From Candidatus Hydrogenedentota bacterium (GTDB taxonomy: Bacteria > Hydrogenedentota > Hydrogenedentia > Hydrogenedentales > GCA-2746185): a stretch of 13,965 nucleotides of DNA. Position 1 is the first letter of the stretch, and every line of letters begins with the position of its first letter. Positions 1 to 7,272 of the stretch are shown here, in pieces. The notes below the pieces were generated by a model, which was given only the letters and a program-made list of their open reading frames with translations, made no database searches and was not told the DNA's origin. Location: the NCBI GenBank assembly GCA_046583315.1, contig JAYGCN010000274.1, positions 1-13,965 of the forward strand. The letters run 5' to 3'. The position numbers and the translations under genes are program-made.

Positions 1-487
1 CGACGGTCGCGGAAAGCAACAGGAAGAGTGGAGCAGTCAGATAAAGACTGTAAGCAGGGGCACCCAGAGTTGTATGGTAGGATGAAGCTGCACGCGCTAC
101 TTCTTCTGTGGTCATTGTCTTTATGTGATAATAATTGTGGCTAAGAGTGATTAGATTCACGAAGAGGCCGCCAACCGTTGCGCAGGCAAGCGTCACAATA
201 ACGGCCGCCGCGCGCCTGCGTGCTTGACTGATTATTACTTCTTCGACGTGCACGTCTTGCATCAACGATTTTATTGTGCGCGGATCACCGAAATGCTCGC
301 GAACAAGAATGATCGCGTCGTCTTCGGAGATGGGAACCTCGCCGCTTAGATAGCCGAGCAGCTTGTCTTCGACGTGGGTGTATAGCCCTTCCTGAATTTC
401 CGAATCGAGATCGTGCGCGACGGAAATCTGAGAACACAGTTCGCGGGCTTGCTTTTCGATTTCCGAGCTGATTCTCTCGTCATCCAT
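1..487 (-). CDS. Membrane protein with N-terminal permease-prefix/HAAS-like helical domain, PadR partner (partial, runs off window start)
   Basis: Not in the ORF track; translated by hand from ATG at 487: MDDERISSEIEKQARELCSQISVAHDLDSEIQEGLYTHVEDKLLGYLSGEVPISEDDAIILVREHFGDPRTIKSLM..., then hydrophobic stretches (AAAVIVTLACATVGGLFVNLITL; LYLTAPLFLLLSATV). Open to the window edge. The 'EI..L..H.ED......A......FGDP' pattern is typical of membrane proteins encoded downstream of PadR genes. Overlaps the PadR stop by 8 bp. Confidence 0.8.
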   Translation of the reverse strand, partial: MDDERISSEIEKQARELCSQISVAHDLDSEIQEGLYTHVEDKLLGYLSGEVPISEDDAIILVREHFGDPRTIKSLMQDVHVEEVIISQARRRAAAVIVTLACATVGGLFVNLITLSHNYYHIKTMTTEEVARAASSYHTTLGAPAYSLYLTAPLFLLLSATV

Positions 488-815
488 TGGGCATCTCCGA
501 CATTGATTGAATCATTTTATGGAATCCGTTCCACTGTTCGGCACCGTCTTCCAGCATGCCCCGGCCTTGCGCGGTGATGTAGTAATACTTACGCTTGCGA
601 CCGGTATCGGCCTGTTGCCACTGGGTACGCAGGCAACCCTCTTTCTCCAGCTTGTGCAGAATTGGATACACGGTGCCCTCCTGCCAGACGAATAATCCGT
701 CGGCCTCATCGTTAATGGCTCTGATGATGGAATAGCCGTAGTCAGCTTCCCGGGCGAGCGTGGCCAAGATGAGCAGGCGTGTGCTGGCCCCGATGAGTTC
801 TTTGTTGGGTAACAT
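480..815 (-). CDS. PadR-family transcriptional regulator
   Basis: 111 aa with LLILATL...YGYSII...EGTVYPILHKLEKEG...GRKRKYYYIT..GR, the canonical short PadR winged helix. SD AGGAGA upstream of the ATG. Confidence 0.95.
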   Translation of the reverse strand: MLPNKELIGASTRLLILATLAREADYGYSIIRAINDEADGLFVWQEGTVYPILHKLEKEGCLRTQWQQADTGRKRKYYYITAQGRGMLEDGAEQWNGFHKMIQSMSEMPNG

Positions 816-831
816 GCTTTCTCCTGAAGCC

Positions 832-860
832 AGAATACTAAGAACTTCTAGGTATGTAAA
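832..860 (-). promoter_or_regulatory. Sigma70-like promoter of padR (TTTACA-N17-TATTCT) with an imperfect palindrome (835-855) in the spacer, probable PadR operator
   Basis: Minus strand -35 TTTACA (860-855), 17-nt spacer, -10 TATTCT (837-832). The plus strand reads ATACTAAGAA-C-TTCTAGGTAT at 835-855, with 8 of 10 positions dyad-symmetric. Confidence 0.7.
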
Positions 861-1736
861 GATCTACTTCCATTGACTCTCTACGCGCGTTCTTTGGGGC
901 CTGCCTTGCATATGATGTCGCCTATAGACTGGATCGCTGTGTTGCAGGCGTTCCATTTCAAGGCGGGTCAGGGCGCAAAAACAGGTACAGGCGGTCATCT
1001 TCCGGGCGCAAAGGTGACAGGCAGGATTGCCGAGGTGCGGTGTCTGGAGGAAGGGAAGGACGCTGTATCCCCGGCGACCTTTGATGATTTGGTGACGCCG
1101 GATGATTTCAGGCAATTTGCGGATCGTGTTCGTGAAATCACGGGTGGTATCCCCATCGGCATGAAGATGTCCGCGAATCATATCGAGAAGGACATCCAAT
1201 TTTCGCTGGATGCGGGTGTGGATTATATTATTCTGGATGGTCGCGGCGGCGGCACGGGTGCGGCGCCGTTGATTTTTTGTGATCATATATTTGTACCGAC
1301 GCTGCCTGCGCTGGGACGTGCACGGCGGTATCTGGATGAGCACGACAGGAACCATACGACGCTGATTGTGACGGGTGGATTGCGTACGCCTACGGATTTC
1401 GTGAAGGCGATGGCCATGGGTGCAGACGGAATCGCGATCGCGAATTCGGCAATGCAGGCAATTGGATGCGTGGCGGCGCGGATTTGTAATACGAACAATT
1501 GTCCGGCGGGAATCGCGACGCAGAACAAGGACTTGCGGGCGAAGCTGGATGTTGAGAAGTCGGCGGCGCAATTGACGCGGTTTATTACGGCCTCGACGAA
1601 ACTGATGCAGGTGCTTGCACGCGCGTGTGGGCATGATCGACTGAGCGAATTCGCGATTGAAGATTTGAGCACATGGCACGAGTCCATTTCGAAGTTGACG
1701 GGCATTCATTTTGCCGGAGACGGGGGCTAGATCTAC
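860..1736. repeat. 8-bp direct repeat AGATCTAC (860-867 and 1729-1736) bracketing the truncated glutamate-synthase-like segment
   Basis: Exact match read from the sequence at both positions. The second copy overlaps the TAG stop. Biological meaning is uncertain. Confidence 0.35.
873..1730 (+). pseudogene. FMN-binding glutamate synthase family protein, N-terminally truncated (C-terminal part of the FMN barrel plus [3Fe-4S] motif)
   Basis: Motifs QAFHFKAGQGAKTGTGGHLPG, IPIGMK, DYIILDGRGGGTGAAP, GGLRTPTDFVKAMAMGAD and C-x5-C-x4-C (CVAARICNTNNCPAG). Recognisable homology starts only at about 942. The N-terminal MSFGALS and SGEGG segments expected in this family are absent, and only about 125 bp separate it from the divergent padR start. 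TTG start with no clear SD. Confidence 0.75.
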
Positions 1737-1745
1737 CGTTCCGCA

Positions 1746-1877
1746 GTGATTTCCGTCTGGGTTGAACTTGATGGTGAGGCATTGAGTGCTGGCGATGGTG
1801 TTTCGATTGCCGAGGAGAGTAGGATAACGTTAATCGCGCTTGAGACATCGGAAGTCATGCTGTTTGATTTAGTCTAA
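1746..1877 (+). pseudogene. Pirin-family (YhhW/quercetinase-like) C-terminal cupin remnant
   Basis: Not in the ORF track. Translation VISVWVELDGEALSAGDGVSIAEESRITLIALETSEVMLFDLV* matches the pirin C-terminus pattern 'V.LNG..L..GDG..I..E..I.I.A....EVLLFDL'. The N-terminal metal-binding cupin (HPH motif) is missing. Confidence 0.75.
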
Positions 1878-1900
1878 TACTCTCTGGGAGGAGAATCATC

Positions 1901-2146
1901 ATGGAAGAGCCAGTAATCGCGGGTCGCAAACCAGTGAGCGTGACACTTGAGGCGGGCACGAAGTATTGGTGTGCATGTGGACGCTCGTCCAATCAGCCTT
2001 GGTGTGACGGGTCTCACAAGGACACGAGTTTCAAGCCGGTTGAAATGACGGTTGAGGAGCCGAAAGAGGCCCGCATGTGTATGTGCAAACGTACGAAGAA
2101 TCCGGGGTATTGTGACGGTTCGCATGCGCGGCTGCCGGAGGAATAG
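1901..2146 (+). CDS. CDGSH iron-sulfur domain protein, two-motif type (CISD3/MiNT-like)
   Basis: Two motifs, WCACGRSSNQPWCDGSH and MCMCKRTKNPGYCDGSH. Strong SD GGAGGAG upstream. Confidence 0.95.
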   Translation: MEEPVIAGRKPVSVTLEAGTKYWCACGRSSNQPWCDGSHKDTSFKPVEMTVEEPKEARMCMCKRTKNPGYCDGSHARLPEE

Positions 2147-2165
2147 TCGTTCGTATCGATGGCTT

Positions 2166-2990
2166 CTATCGTTTCGCGGTCGTTTCTACGTTGTCTTCAA
2201 GACACGAGCGAACAATATGTCGCTTCATGAACTTGCCGAGTGATATCCATCGCATTTTGTCTTCATTGCCAAGCATGCGGGTCGTGATTTCTTTCACGGA
2301 TACGCCTTGTTCATGGAAATCCAAGACTTGTTCGCGGAAGTTGCTGAGGTAGTCGAGTTTTTCCCGGATGCGGCGTCGGCCGTCCGTGAGGGGGCCGCGG
2401 TGTGAGCAGATGAGTGTTTCGAAGTCAAGTTCGAGGCAGCGTTTCAGACTACTGATTTGTTGGTGGATATTTTCGTCGAAGCGGAAGTATTTCGTGCGGC
2501 TGGCAATGTAGACGTCTCCGCAAAATAGCCAACCGCGATTGGCTTCGAGGTAGCACGTCATGTCATGCGAGTGACCGGGCGCGTGCACGGATTGCAACGT
2601 GATGCCGTCGTGAATGGGGATGTCATCCGGCACGGCCTCAGCTTCGAAGGGGGTCGCCAGCCCCCAGGTGCGTTTCTGCGCGTAGGAGAGATTGAATCCC
2701 TTCTTCATCATCGCCAGACCGGAGGGCGGTAGGAAAACAGGTGCATCCAGGGACTCCTTCAGTCGCGCACCGTTGCCGCTATGGTCCTCGTGGTGATGCG
2801 TGATCATGACACGGTCTACTTCGCGTTCATCGACGAATTTTTTGACGTAGAGCCATTGGTTGGAGGGGCCGGTGTCGATGATCGTGTTGCCGAGACGGTA
2901 GACGATGCAGGTGGTATTCAGCGCGCGGTTGGTCTTGCCGACGCGGATGCCTTCGATACCTTCAAACGTGATGTTTTGAAATACGGGCAC
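2166..2990 (-). CDS. MBL-fold metallo-hydrolase
   Basis: IIDTG, THHHEDHSG (HxHxDH), APGHS, LFCGD and a late SH metal ligand. GTG start 6 bp downstream of the propeller gene stop. Confidence 0.92.
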   Translation of the reverse strand: MPVFQNITFEGIEGIRVGKTNRALNTTCIVYRLGNTIIDTGPSNQWLYVKKFVDEREVDRVMITHHHEDHSGNGARLKESLDAPVFLPPSGLAMMKKGFNLSYAQKRTWGLATPFEAEAVPDDIPIHDGITLQSVHAPGHSHDMTCYLEANRGWLFCGDVYIASRTKYFRFDENIHQQISSLKRCLELDFETLICSHRGPLTDGRRRIREKLDYLSNFREQVLDFHEQGVSVKEITTRMLGNEDKMRWISLGKFMKRHIVRSCLEDNVETTAKR

Positions 2991-2996
2991 GAGTAT

Positions 2997-4592
2997 CTAT
3001 TTCACTTTGCGAATGCGGTAGAGGGCGTCTTCGATGTCGGAGGTGACGTAGACATCGCCGTTGTCCGCGACGGCCACCCCGGTGGTGATGCCCATGGGAG
3101 GCATGCCGGGCGCCGTCTTGTAGCCGATGGGCAGGTTCTCGGCGATGACGGTTTTCCCGCCAGTCCTGGGATAAATGACGGTGACGCGCTGAGCAGCGGT
3201 TTCGGCCACATAGAGTAATCCGTCGGGTCCGAGCGCGATGCCTTCGGGGCCTTCCAGCTCAGTGGCGATGATGGTTTTGGCACCGGTATCAAGATTGATG
3301 AGGCTGACGTTGCCCGATGCATATTCGGTGACATAAAGTTGATTCGCGTCCACAACGACCATCGCGACGGGTGTGGTCAGGCCGCCGAATACCGTTTCAC
3401 GCTCCGTTTCACTTTTCAGTTCCACGATGCTGCCCGACATCATTTGCAACGCGAGCAGCCTTCCGTCGGGCATTTCGGCTACGTCGAAAGGTGTAATCAA
3501 TTCGTGGTACGTGGTCAAAATTTCGCCTGTTTTACGGTCGAGGGTTTGCACGGCGGAGTTGAAGAAGCTGGCGGAGTGGATGAACTTGTCGGAAATCGCG
3601 ATGCCATTGGAGTATTCGTGGGCGTGTTCGGGGAAACGAGCTATCGACACAGATTCCTTCGTTGTCAGATCGACCGTGCGATTGGAGAAGGTATCCGCGA
3701 GATAGAGCGTGTTGCCGTCGATGGCGATGTCTGCGGGGAAGGCGAAGGAGCCTTCTTTGACCGTGCGGGTGGTGCCGTCTTCCACGTTGACTTCGTGAAT
3801 GGCGCTTTCGGACATGATGGTAATATAGAGATTGTCTTCGGCATCAAAACACAAATTATCGATACCTGTTTTCGTTTTGGCGATGAGGGTCTTAGCTCCC
3901 GTTTCGATGTCGATTTGGATGACTTCGCCGCGGGCCGAGTCCACTGCGAATAGTTCACCTTTGGAATTGAAATTGACCGCTGCAGGGACTTCGAAGCCTT
4001 CTGCGATGACGGTGAGCTTGGCCGTGTCGACATCCACGGCAGCGACCTGACCCTTGAACCAGATGGGCCCGTAGAGACGCCCGTCGGGCCCGAAATCGAA
4101 GCCGTTGAGGCCGCCCATGTTTTCCATAATTTTGCGTGCGGGCTTTTCGCCGGTCGGATCGATTTCGTGCAGCGCATCGGCAGAAAATACCTGTGTCGCG
4201 AAGAGGCGACCATCCTGTTTCAGGGCGATGGAGTTCATGCCGGGCAGGTCGGTAGCGAGTTCTTTGACGGTGCCGTCTTTGAGTCGGGTGTGGACTTTGC
4301 CGAGCATAAAGGAGGTCCAGTAAAACTGCCCGTCCGGCCCGATTTCGATGTCGTCCGCCATGCCGAGGGGCGCTTTTGCCCAGACCGAGCTTTCGCCAGT
4401 CTTGGGGTCGACTTTGTAGATGGATTGACCGACGACGCTGCCCACGTAGAGCATACCGTCCGCGTCCGCCGCGATGCCGTGGATGGCGTGGAATCCGTAA
4501 CCGGGAATAAAGACTTCGGTTTTGTATTCCGCGGCGAGGACAGTGGTGGCGAAGAAGAACGTGAATCCGAGAATGCAACGTGTGATGTTCAT
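2997..4592 (-). CDS. Secreted beta-propeller protein (SMP-30/gluconolactonase/NHL-like repeats)
   Basis: N-terminal signal-like MNITRCILGFTFFFATTVLAA. Repeated blades: GIAADADGMLYV, DDIEIGPDGQFYW, NGFDFGPDGRLY, DNLCFDAEDNLYI, EGIALGPDGLLYV, GVAVADNGDVYV. At 531 aa it probably has two propellers. Confidence 0.8.
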   Translation of the reverse strand: MNITRCILGFTFFFATTVLAAEYKTEVFIPGYGFHAIHGIAADADGMLYVGSVVGQSIYKVDPKTGESSVWAKAPLGMADDIEIGPDGQFYWTSFMLGKVHTRLKDGTVKELATDLPGMNSIALKQDGRLFATQVFSADALHEIDPTGEKPARKIMENMGGLNGFDFGPDGRLYGPIWFKGQVAAVDVDTAKLTVIAEGFEVPAAVNFNSKGELFAVDSARGEVIQIDIETGAKTLIAKTKTGIDNLCFDAEDNLYITIMSESAIHEVNVEDGTTRTVKEGSFAFPADIAIDGNTLYLADTFSNRTVDLTTKESVSIARFPEHAHEYSNGIAISDKFIHSASFFNSAVQTLDRKTGEILTTYHELITPFDVAEMPDGRLLALQMMSGSIVELKSETERETVFGGLTTPVAMVVVDANQLYVTEYASGNVSLINLDTGAKTIIATELEGPEGIALGPDGLLYVAETAAQRVTVIYPRTGGKTVIAENLPIGYKTAPGMPPMGITTGVAVADNGDVYVTSDIEDALYRIRKVK

Positions 4593-4619
4593 TTGGTGGG
4601 TGCCTTTTCTGGTGCGAAA

Positions 4620-5114
4620 TTATTGGTAGGTTTTGCCATTATGGTGTAACCATCCAACCGCGTGGCGACCGCGCGGATCGTGATGGGTCCAGTGCACGAC
4701 GCCACCTTTTCCATTGTACTCATATTCGCCATAGAACTCGACCGTGTCTCCTACTTTGATATCGGGAATTCTCGGGGCAAGGTCGATGTTGTGGGCGATA
4801 AGTAGCGACAATCCGGTGCCGGTTCGCAGGAGAAACCGCTGATGTCGCGAACCCTTTAAGTCATCGGTGAGTATCCGATAAACCGTAGCTTTGCCTTGGA
4901 CCTGAAGGTTGCTTCGGCGGTTGTTGAAGGCGTTCTGGAGAACTTGATCAGAGGCTTGGACCTCGATCGGCTGAGTCGTTGCGACTGGCTCGGCTAAAGG
5001 CTGAACCTGCGAGGTCTGTATACTTTTGGAGGAGCGGGATTCGGTCCACTCCAGGATGCCGACGAACACGAGCGCGGCAAACATCATAAGAAGTGATATC
5101 TGATATCGCTTCAT
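4620..5114 (-). CDS. DUF3465-family protein
   Basis: N-terminal hydrophobic anchor. Motifs DDLKGSRHQRFLL, LIAHNIDLAPRI, GDTVEFYGEYEYN.KGGVVHWTHHDPRGRH..GWL are characteristic of DUF3465. Confidence 0.88.
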   Translation of the reverse strand: MKRYQISLLMMFAALVFVGILEWTESRSSKSIQTSQVQPLAEPVATTQPIEVQASDQVLQNAFNNRRSNLQVQGKATVYRILTDDLKGSRHQRFLLRTGTGLSLLIAHNIDLAPRIPDIKVGDTVEFYGEYEYNGKGGVVHWTHHDPRGRHAVGWLHHNGKTYQ

Positions 5115-5153
5115 TCAATAGGCTCCCGGCAATACGTTCCAGCGCTGCGTGTG

Positions 5154-5195
5154 AAAAATGAGTGGGGACCGACATTGTGATTTGCCGGCCCCCAC
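5154..5195 (-). terminator. Probable intrinsic terminator of sodA
   Basis: Minus strand GTGGGGGCCGGC-AAATCACAAT-GTCGGTCCCCAC forms a 12-bp stem with two G-U pairs that pair only in this orientation. It is followed by TCATTTTT and starts 22 nt after the sodA stop. Confidence 0.75.
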
Positions 5196-5217
5196 GGAAT
5201 TGTCTAACGATGGATGA

Positions 5218-5826
5218 TTAGCCCTGCGACTTGGCGAAATTTTCTGCAACGACGTCCCAGTTGACGACGTTCCAGAAGGCGCTCAAATAGGCTGGACGTT
5301 TGTTCTGGTGGAGGAGATAGTAGGCGTGTTCCCAGACGTCGCAGCCGAGGATGGGGCAGGTGCCGCTCATGATGGGCGAATCCTGGTTGCCTGTGCTGGA
5401 GACGGTGAGTGTTCCGCCGTCAGAGCAGAGCCATGCCCAGCCGCTACCGAATTGTGCGGCGCCGGTGGCTTCGAATTTTGCTTTGAAGTCGTCGAAGCTG
5501 CCGAAGGCGGAGTCGATGGCTGCCGCGAGATCGCCGGAAGGAGCCGTTGCGCCGCCGGGTGCGAGGGTGCGCCAGAAGAGGCTGTGGTTGGCGTGGCCGC
5601 CGCCGTGGTTGATGATGGCTTGTTTTTTGTCGTCGGGAATGACGCTGAGATCGGCGAGCAGGGCTTCCACGCTTTTGTCACCAATATCAATGCCTTCGAG
5701 CGCGGCGTTGAGTTTGTCGACATAGGTCTGGTGATGTTTGCTGTGGTGAATGTCCATCGTTCGCGTGTCGATGTGGGGTTCCAGTGCGTCGTAGGCGTAT
5801 CCGAGTTCGGGCAGGGTGTATGCCAT
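5218..5826 (-). CDS. sodA: Superoxide dismutase, Fe/Mn family, Mn-type signature
   Basis: [59 protein letters not shown]. The GG pair and the Q-D pair are Mn-SOD signatures. SD AAGGAGA. Confidence 0.95.
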   Translation of the reverse strand: MAYTLPELGYAYDALEPHIDTRTMDIHHSKHHQTYVDKLNAALEGIDIGDKSVEALLADLSVIPDDKKQAIINHGGGHANHSLFWRTLAPGGATAPSGDLAAAIDSAFGSFDDFKAKFEATGAAQFGSGWAWLCSDGGTLTVSSTGNQDSPIMSGTCPILGCDVWEHAYYLLHQNKRPAYLSAFWNVVNWDVVAENFAKSQG

Positions 5827-5900
5827 GATCAGTTCTCCTTCTCAAAGGGTTGAGTTCGTAAATTTCAGTGCACCCCGTCGAATCAAGACGGGATCGCTAC

Positions 5901-5929
5901 ATTATAGACGCAGGGATATGGGCAGTCCA
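5901..5929 (-). promoter_or_regulatory. Sigma70-like promoter of sodA
   Basis: Minus strand TGGACT (5929-5924), N17, then a perfect TATAAT (5906-5901). Confidence 0.6.
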
Positions 5930-6007
5930 GCTTAATTTGAATGAGATGGATCGTGGACATTTAGTGCCGTATACTGGTGTCTTGATGTGTAGGGGGAATC
6001 AGAAGGA

Positions 6008-6319
6008 ATGAGCGAACGAGTGGCTGCGGGCCGTGTTGACGATCTCTTGCCGGGGGAATCGCGGCGGATTGAGATTGAGGAGGACGTGGTGTGCATCCAC
6101 AATGTGGAGGGCACGTTTTATGCCGTGAGCAATATTTGTCCGCATGCGGGCGCGGCATTGCATCATGGATTCATCGAGAATGGTCGCATTACCTGTCCGT
6201 GGCATGGCTGGTCGTTTCCGCTGAGTTGTGAGGACCCCCTGCGGGACGGGTTGTATCGGTATCGTCTCATCGAGGATGACGGAAATCTGTATATTGAAAC
6301 GCCGCCGGTGAATACGTAG
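6008..6319 (+). CDS. Rieske [2Fe-2S] ferredoxin
   Basis: 103 aa with FYAVSNICPHAG (CxH) and ITCPWHGWSF (CxxH). SD AAGGA. Confidence 0.93.
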   Translation: MSERVAAGRVDDLLPGESRRIEIEEDVVCIHNVEGTFYAVSNICPHAGAALHHGFIENGRITCPWHGWSFPLSCEDPLRDGLYRYRLIEDDGNLYIETPPVNT

Positions 6320-6351
6320 ACTCATCGCAGAATATGACAGGGGGCAAAACG

Positions 6352-7245
6352 ATGGATGATCGCGACGACAGGGGCAGTTGGCAGGGCGGCGGCGAGCACC
6401 GTGATGATGCGCCGGAATCTTCGCCGTATGAAGGGGAATCGGATATCGACCCGAGTCGGCCTTTTGGTCATGTGAATCCGTCTGCTCCACTTTCCTACGA
6501 GCCGAGCCCGCACGAGCCCTACGGGGGTGGTCCGCAAGGGCCGGATGAACCGTTGGCGCCGCTTGAACCGCTCAATCCGTGGATCAGCATTCTATTGCGC
6601 CCGCGCGACACGATTCGTTATGTGCTGGAAACAGGAGTATGGAATAACTGGATACTGGTTTACACGATTATATATGTTTCAGCGATTCCTCCAGGAATTG
6701 TAAGCATGTTCGCACAACCCGAGTCATCTGGTCCGTCACCTCTGGAGGAATTGCCTTTTACGGTTACGTTTGGGGTGGTCGCGATAGCGGCATTTTTGTT
6801 TTTTATTGTCATAGCGTACCCAATTGCTCTTTTGTTTGTGATGTTTAACGCGTGGCTGTACCGTGTTGTTGGCGGGTGGCTTGGCGGAGTAGGTACGACG
6901 GCTGAAGTGCGGACGGCGGCAGTCTGGGCCAGCGTCGTTTTTGCGTACATGCAATACATTGCTATCGTTCCGAATACCTTCGCCGCGATTTATTATCACA
7001 CTGCGGTTGAGGTGTTGCCGATTGTGCCGGTCATATTGATGGGAATCATGTTTTTGATCATGTTCCCGCTATATGTTTATGGAATGGTCGTGAACTGCAA
7101 GGCACTCGGCGAGGCCCATCGGTTTTCCGCGTGGCGTGGATTGGGTACGATTCTTATTTCATCTGTGATGGTCGGCACCGTTGTGCTTTTTTTCGTCGTT
7201 ACAATCGTTATTGCGATTATTGGTCTTGTGGCGGCCGCGGGGTAG
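6352..7245 (+). CDS. Yip1-family membrane protein with acidic/Pro-rich N-terminal extension
   Basis: NPWISILLRPRDTIR, several TM helices, VGGWLGG.G....VR.A..WA, and LGEAHRFSAWRGLGT. ATG 6352 is preferred over 6334 because AGGGGG lies 7 nt upstream. Confidence 0.85.
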   Translation: MDDRDDRGSWQGGGEHRDDAPESSPYEGESDIDPSRPFGHVNPSAPLSYEPSPHEPYGGGPQGPDEPLAPLEPLNPWISILLRPRDTIRYVLETGVWNNWILVYTIIYVSAIPPGIVSMFAQPESSGPSPLEELPFTVTFGVVAIAAFLFFIVIAYPIALLFVMFNAWLYRVVGGWLGGVGTTAEVRTAAVWASVVFAYMQYIAIVPNTFAAIYYHTAVEVLPIVPVILMGIMFLIMFPLYVYGMVVNCKALGEAHRFSAWRGLGTILISSVMVGTVVLFFVVTIVIAIIGLVAAAG

Positions 7246-7272
7246 TCCGCTGTCAGGAGTATTTGTAGTTCA

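Noticed and set aside
864..1709. 281-aa minus-strand ORF
   Set aside because: Arg-rich antisense shadow of the GltS-like coding frame with no motifs.
1728..1877. Amber (pyrrolysine-type) readthrough fusing the GltS-like ORF to the in-frame pirin fragment
   Set aside because: The TAG falls where this family normally ends (LTGIHFAG), no pyl genes are in view, and frame coincidence has a 1-in-3 chance.
2166..2990. MBL gene as an antibiotic-resistance metallo-beta-lactamase
   Set aside because: No signal peptide and no mobile context. The fold motif alone does not indicate beta-lactamase activity.
2781..4649. Several plus-strand ORFs of 70-204 aa opposite the MBL and propeller genes
   Set aside because: Antisense shadows expected from biased codon usage; no recognisable domains.
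5827..6007. Mn riboswitch (yybP-ykoY) or Fur/PerR box upstream of sodA
   Set aside because: No recognisable consensus for either; only short hairpins are seen.
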